Of a DNA stretch of 64,000 nt, positions 59,631 to 64,000 are shown piece by piece. The notes below the pieces were generated by a model. That model had not been told where the DNA came from. It made no database searches and saw nothing but the letters and a program-made list of their open reading frames with translations. The stretch's first letter is position 1. The number at the start of each line of letters is the position of its first letter. Both the position numbers and the translations under genes were made by a program. Origin of the DNA: Synechococcus sp. (lineage in GTDB: Bacteria; Cyanobacteriota; Cyanobacteriia; PCC-6307; Cyanobiaceae). The DNA lies in the NCBI GenBank assembly GCA_035284945.1, contig JAYKGS010000098.1, positions 69,372-133,371 on the forward strand, in the 5' to 3' direction.

Positions 59631-60941
59631 TCAGGCTTCAGGGAGATGGTCCTTGAGCTCAAAGAGCTCAAGCAGCACCTGCATCGCTGTGCGGCGATGC
59701 TGCCGAGGTTGCGGGGCCCTCAGATTGGTCACAGGGGTATGGAGGATCTTGTTGATGATTCCCTTGCTCAATGCTTCCACTACCTTGCGTTCGCGGGCGG
59801 AGAGGTCTGGCCCCATCCGGCTCAGGGCCTTCTGGAGTTCCTGCTCGCGGATATCCTCCAATTGCCGTCGTAGCCGGTTGACGACGGGCACGGCCTCCAA
59901 GCCATCCCACCATTCGAGAAACTGCCTTGCCTCGTCCTCCAGCAGGAGCTCGGCCTCAGCAGCCATTTCCCTGCGCGATTCCTGGTTTCGGGTGACAACC
60001 TCCTGCAGATCATCAACGTCATAGGACTGGACGCCCGCCAATGCCGAGGTGTCAGCCGCGATGTTGCGTGGTACGCCGATGTCGATGAGCATCAGGCTGG
60101 AACGTCTGTTAAGACCTGCCAGCCTGTCGGCCGAGATGATTGGCACATCAGCGGCAGTGCTCGTGAATACGAGTGAACATGTACTTAGACAGTGATCCAG
60201 GTCGTCGAGGGGACGACACTGGACAGGAAGGGCGGGGATATCAGCTGCTAGAAGTTCGGCTCTGGCTACGGTACGGTTAAGTAGGACCACTCCACGACAA
60301 CCCTTTGCCTGAAGGTGCTGGAGGAGTAGACGCGCCATCCGGCCAGCGCCCACGACGGCGACCTGTTCCTGGTCCAATGGCACAAGTTCATTAACACCAC
60401 GGGCCTGGCCAAGCTTCAGCTGGGCAAGCTCGACAGCTGCGGAGCTGATCGACACTGCTCCGGTACCCAGGTTAGTTTCAGTGCGTACCCTTTTTCCGCT
60501 GCTCACCGCTTGATTGAGCAGACGATTGAGGATTGGGCCTACGGAATGGTTTTCCTGGCCCAGTCGCACCATCTTCTTCACTTGGGCGAGAATCTGCCCC
60601 TCACCCAGCACGAGCGAATCGAGACCGGCTGAAACCCTAAGTAAGTGGGAAATCGCCTCCTCATGATGAAAGGCGAATAGGTGGGGATTGAGCTCGTCAA
60701 CTGAAAGCCCCGAGTACTGGCTGAGGAACGAACCGACCGCGTTAATGCCCTGTTCAGGATGCCTCAGGAGTGTATAAATTTCCAAGCGGTTGCAGGTACT
60801 GAGGATTGAAGCCTCAAGCACCTGATCGTTGGACTTCAGTTTCTGAAGTGATGCCTCCATGCACTGCTCTGGGATGCTGAGACGCTCCCGGATCTCCACT
60901 GGAGCCGTTCGATGACTCAGTCCTACAACGGCAATGTGCAT
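59631..60941 (-). CDS. hemA: Glutamyl-tRNA reductase
   Basis: GLSHRTAPV, STCNRLE, GLDSLVLGEGQILAQVK, VSISSAAV, GAGRM, DIGVPRN. Confidence 0.97.
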   Translation of the reverse strand: MHIAVVGLSHRTAPVEIRERLSIPEQCMEASLQKLKSNDQVLEASILSTCNRLEIYTLLRHPEQGINAVGSFLSQYSGLSVDELNPHLFAFHHEEAISHLLRVSAGLDSLVLGEGQILAQVKKMVRLGQENHSVGPILNRLLNQAVSSGKRVRTETNLGTGAVSISSAAVELAQLKLGQARGVNELVPLDQEQVAVVGAGRMARLLLQHLQAKGCRGVVLLNRTVARAELLAADIPALPVQCRPLDDLDHCLSTCSLVFTSTAADVPIISADRLAGLNRRSSLMLIDIGVPRNIAADTSALAGVQSYDVDDLQEVVTRNQESRREMAAEAELLLEDEARQFLEWWDGLEAVPVVNRLRRQLEDIREQELQKALSRMGPDLSARERKVVEALSKGIINKILHTPVTNLRAPQPRQHRRTAMQVLLELFELKDHLPEA

Positions 60942-60975
60942 GAAGGCAGGCGGCTGTGCTCGGATGGTATGGGAG

Positions 60976-61980
60976 TCAGCTCAGGGCGATATTTTTAGCA
61001 CCCGGCTTAATGTGAATGGTGTTTGTGAAGCGGGCTGAATTGTCAAGGGTGCTAATCACAAGGGAGCTTGTGCGGGTGCAATCCTTTTCAAATTTGACCC
61101 CATGAAATAGCAGGCCATCGGTGATGCCACTGCCGGCAAACACAACATTCTCTCCGGAAGCCAGCTCTTCGGCCTCATAAATTTTATCAACTTCTGTGAT
61201 CCCCATTTCGTTAAGGCGAGCGATATTTCCCTCCTTGGTGTAATCTGCCCACTCAGAGGTCTGAGCTACAGCCGGGTCGTAGACCAACTGACCCTGAAAA
61301 TGTCCGCCCAGGGCGCGCATGGCCGCTGCTGAGATGACGCCTTCAGGCGCAGCTCCAATTCCCATGAGACAGTGGGTTCCGGTGCCGGCGAAACCACAGG
61401 CTATGGCCGCCTGAACATCGCCATCTGAGATCGGCTGCACACGGGCACCGGTGGCCCTGATCTCGGCGATCAGCTCTTTGTGGCGGGCCCGATCCATCAC
61501 CACGATCGTCAGCTCGCTGGCAGCAAGGCCAAGGCACTGACTGAGTATGGCTATGTTTTCAGTGGCCGACTTACGAATGTCTACCATCCCTTTGGCTGCC
61601 GGCGGCGCTGCCAGCTTCTTCATGTAGAAGTCGGGAGCATTGAACAGCCCACCCCGATCCGAGGCTGCCAAAACCGCCATCGAGCCACGCTGACTGTTGG
61701 CACAGAGATTGGTGCCTTCACAGGGATCAACTGCAAAGTCCACTCCGGGCCCGGTGCCACTACCGACTTCCTCACCTATGTAGAGCATGGGGGCCTCGTC
61801 CCTTTCTCCCTCGCCGATCACGATGCGGCCCTGCATCTGGATCCGGCCCATGCGCTCGCGCATGGCCTCGACCGCAGCGGCATCAGCTTCATCCTTCTTG
61901 CCCAAGCCGGTCAATTCGGCTGAAGCGATGGCGGCTTGCTCAACGACCTCGAGAATTTCCTGGATTAAGGTGCGATCCAC
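60976..61980 (-). CDS. glpX: Class II fructose-1,6-/sedoheptulose-1,7-bisphosphatase
   Basis: [43 protein letters not shown]. Confidence 0.97.
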   Translation of the reverse strand: MDRTLIQEILEVVEQAAIASAELTGLGKKDEADAAAVEAMRERMGRIQMQGRIVIGEGERDEAPMLYIGEEVGSGTGPGVDFAVDPCEGTNLCANSQRGSMAVLAASDRGGLFNAPDFYMKKLAAPPAAKGMVDIRKSATENIAILSQCLGLAASELTIVVMDRARHKELIAEIRATGARVQPISDGDVQAAIACGFAGTGTHCLMGIGAAPEGVISAAAMRALGGHFQGQLVYDPAVAQTSEWADYTKEGNIARLNEMGITEVDKIYEAEELASGENVVFAGSGITDGLLFHGVKFEKDCTRTSSLVISTLDNSARFTNTIHIKPGAKNIALS

Positions 61981-62155
61981 GGTGATCCGGCAGGGGAATG
62001 GGCTTCAGGTCATGGTTTGGGCCTGGCAGTGAAGGGGCATAGGTGCCTGGCACTGCTGGGCTTTGCGCCTTGAAGCACGCGTAACTGTATCAGTGCCGAT
62101 GCCCCTGCCACCAACTACCTACAATCAATCTCCAATCATCCCCGGTCCCGCGAGC

Positions 62156-62839
62156 ATGAGCACAAAACCCCTGGTGATCTCCCCGTCGATTCTCTCGGCG
62201 GATTTCTCCCGCCTTGGCGAAGACGTGCGTGCCGTCGACGAGGCGGGGGCTGACTGGATTCACGTTGACGTGATGGATGGCCGCTTCGTGCCCAACATCA
62301 CAATTGGCCCCTTGATCGTGAAAGCCCTCAGGCCTGTTACAAACAAGGTCCTCGACGTTCACCTGATGATAGTTGAGCCTGAAAACTACGTTGCAGAATT
62401 CGCCAAAGCGGGAGCAGACATCATTTCTGTGCAAGTGGAAGCCTGCCCACACCTGCACCGCAACCTTGCCCAGATCAAGGATCTCGGCAAACTGGCGGGA
62501 GCAGTGCTTAACCCCAGCACTCCCATCGACAGCCTCGAATATTGCCTTGAGCTCTGCGATCTGGTGTTGGTCATGAGCGTAAATCCGGGCTTTGGTGGTC
62601 AGAGCTTCATTGAAAACCAGGTACAGAAAATCCGCTCCCTGCGCCGCATGTGCGATGAACGGGGCCTGGACCCCTGGATTGAGGTAGATGGGGGCATCAA
62701 GGCGGACAATGCATGGAAAGTGATAGAGGCCGGTGCTAATGCGATCGTCAGCGGTTCGGGAATTTTCAACCAACCGGATTATGGGGTAGCTATCACAGGA
62801 ATACGAAACAGTAAACGCCCAGAACCAGTCTCGGCATAG
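62156..62839 (+). CDS. rpe: Ribulose-phosphate 3-epimerase
   Basis: [40 protein letters not shown]. Confidence 0.97.
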   Translation: MSTKPLVISPSILSADFSRLGEDVRAVDEAGADWIHVDVMDGRFVPNITIGPLIVKALRPVTNKVLDVHLMIVEPENYVAEFAKAGADIISVQVEACPHLHRNLAQIKDLGKLAGAVLNPSTPIDSLEYCLELCDLVLVMSVNPGFGGQSFIENQVQKIRSLRRMCDERGLDPWIEVDGGIKADNAWKVIEAGANAIVSGSGIFNQPDYGVAITGIRNSKRPEPVSA

Positions 62840-62882
62840 GGTTTCTGGTCATACTTGTCAGTCTCTGAGTTCCTGGAAAAAA

Positions 62883-63818
62883 TCAGCTGTCAAAAAACCA
62901 TCCGTAGCTATGTAGGCCAATCCCCAAAAGGTTGACGCCTATGTAGCAGACCGCAATCACCACAAGACCTGCTGTGGCTACAAGAGCTGGCCTGCGTCCT
63001 TGCCAGCCGCGGATCAGCCGGGTGTGGAGATAGGCCGCATAGACAAGCCAGCAGATCAGAGCCCATGTTTCCTTTGGGTCCCAGCTCCACCAGCTGCCCC
63101 ATGCTTCATTAGCCCAGACCGCGCCACTGACCAGCCCTACTGATAACAGGAGAAATCCAACTGCGATTGTCCGGTAACTTAGAGAGTCAAGTTGTTCAAC
63201 CTCAGGTAAGTTCACACTGCTGAGCTGGAATGGGGTTGCGCTGCTGGCACGAATGCCGTCGGTGGCAATGGCGAACCTGGCCTGGCGATAGCCTCCGCTG
63301 CCGATTGAACTGCTACGCAACTCGAGGCTCTGGCCACGATCGGTGAATAACACTGCCACCGATAGGAGGGATCCGACCAGTAAGGCCGCATAGCTGAGCA
63401 TGATCACGCTTACGTGCATTACCAACCAGCTGGAGCGAAGCGCAGGCACCAGGGGCGATGCTTCCTGAAGTCGCTCCGGCAGGGCAAAACTCGCAAATGC
63501 CACACAGCCGAGAGCCATAGGGGTGGCTGCCGCTGCTACCAAGGGAGAACACCAGATTCGTTCCACAAGCAACTGGGTCAGGGTGCAGGCCCAGGTGAGA
63601 AAACAGAGTGACTCATAGAGGTTGCTGATGGGGAAATGGCCCGATTCCCACCAACGCAGCACCAATTGGGCCGTCAGGCAAAGGTTTGCTGCAGCGACCA
63701 AAAGGCGAGCGGCCTTGCTGGATTGGCCACCACTCAGGGCCCAGAAGGAAAGGGGCAAAACCAACAGCAACAGGCCAAACGCCGTGAAGCCAAGGAAGAG
63801 AACAGGATCTGGCAACAC
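62883..63818 (-). CDS. ccsB: System II cytochrome c biogenesis heme exporter/synthase (CcsA/CcsB)
   Basis: [46 protein letters not shown] (WWD domain), GLHSYG. Confidence 0.96.
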   Translation of the reverse strand: MLPDPVLFLGFTAFGLLLLVLPLSFWALSGGQSSKAARLLVAAANLCLTAQLVLRWWESGHFPISNLYESLCFLTWACTLTQLLVERIWCSPLVAAAATPMALGCVAFASFALPERLQEASPLVPALRSSWLVMHVSVIMLSYAALLVGSLLSVAVLFTDRGQSLELRSSSIGSGGYRQARFAIATDGIRASSATPFQLSSVNLPEVEQLDSLSYRTIAVGFLLLSVGLVSGAVWANEAWGSWWSWDPKETWALICWLVYAAYLHTRLIRGWQGRRPALVATAGLVVIAVCYIGVNLLGIGLHSYGWFFDS

Positions 63819-63985
63819 TCACATAATCCGATGCCATCAGATCATAATCGGTAGTGGTGCACATATGGGCTCGCGAGGCGTTAAAGAATATGGCAAACCA
63901 ACCAGAACCAAGCTCACACGCGGCACGAGAAGAATAGGGCAAAGAACAACATATCTTGTATGATCATGGTTTGAAAAGGCATCAC

Positions 63986-64000
63986 TTAGCGGCTAGAACG
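63986..64000 (-). CDS. Possible last codons (..RSSR*) of a gene running off the window edge
   Basis: Minus strand CGT TCT AGC CGC TAA; only five codons visible. Confidence 0.25.
   Translation of the reverse strand, partial: RSSR

Overview
Gene-dense window of core chromosome from a GC-rich picocyanobacterium (Cyanobium/Synechococcus type, judged from apcD, psb32, pxcA, hemJ, glpX, ccsB and the gene order). It holds about 68 CDS: cobalamin synthesis and use (cobN, metH, cobU, hupE-cobW behind a cobalamin riboswitch), DNA repair (uvrC, Fe-S photolyase), translation (pheT, metG, rpmG, rpsR, rlmD, trmL, one tRNA-Met), carbon metabolism (pgl, gndA, glgC, glpX, rpe), envelope genes, and a SigF-type sigma factor / DUF3370 / RHH-J-domain block. 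I saw no transposase, integrase, prophage, CRISPR array or defence system. Signals the annotation does not explain: (1) a 112-nt four-way-junction structured RNA candidate ending in ACCA just before the DUF2237 gene; (2) a perfect 41-bp palindrome inside the cobW coding sequence; (3) a 49-aa Cys/His-rich microprotein missing from the ORF track, whose stop overlaps the ilvD stop and which has two upstream dyads; (4) a Cys4 domain fused to DapF directly ahead of a cysteine desulfurase; (5) a microprotein antisense to sigF; (6) a GATC-containing 15-bp tandem array next to apcD; (7) strong GC mosaicism within core genes. All product calls come from motif recognition by eye; no searches were run, and start codons that differ from the ORF track are my own choices.
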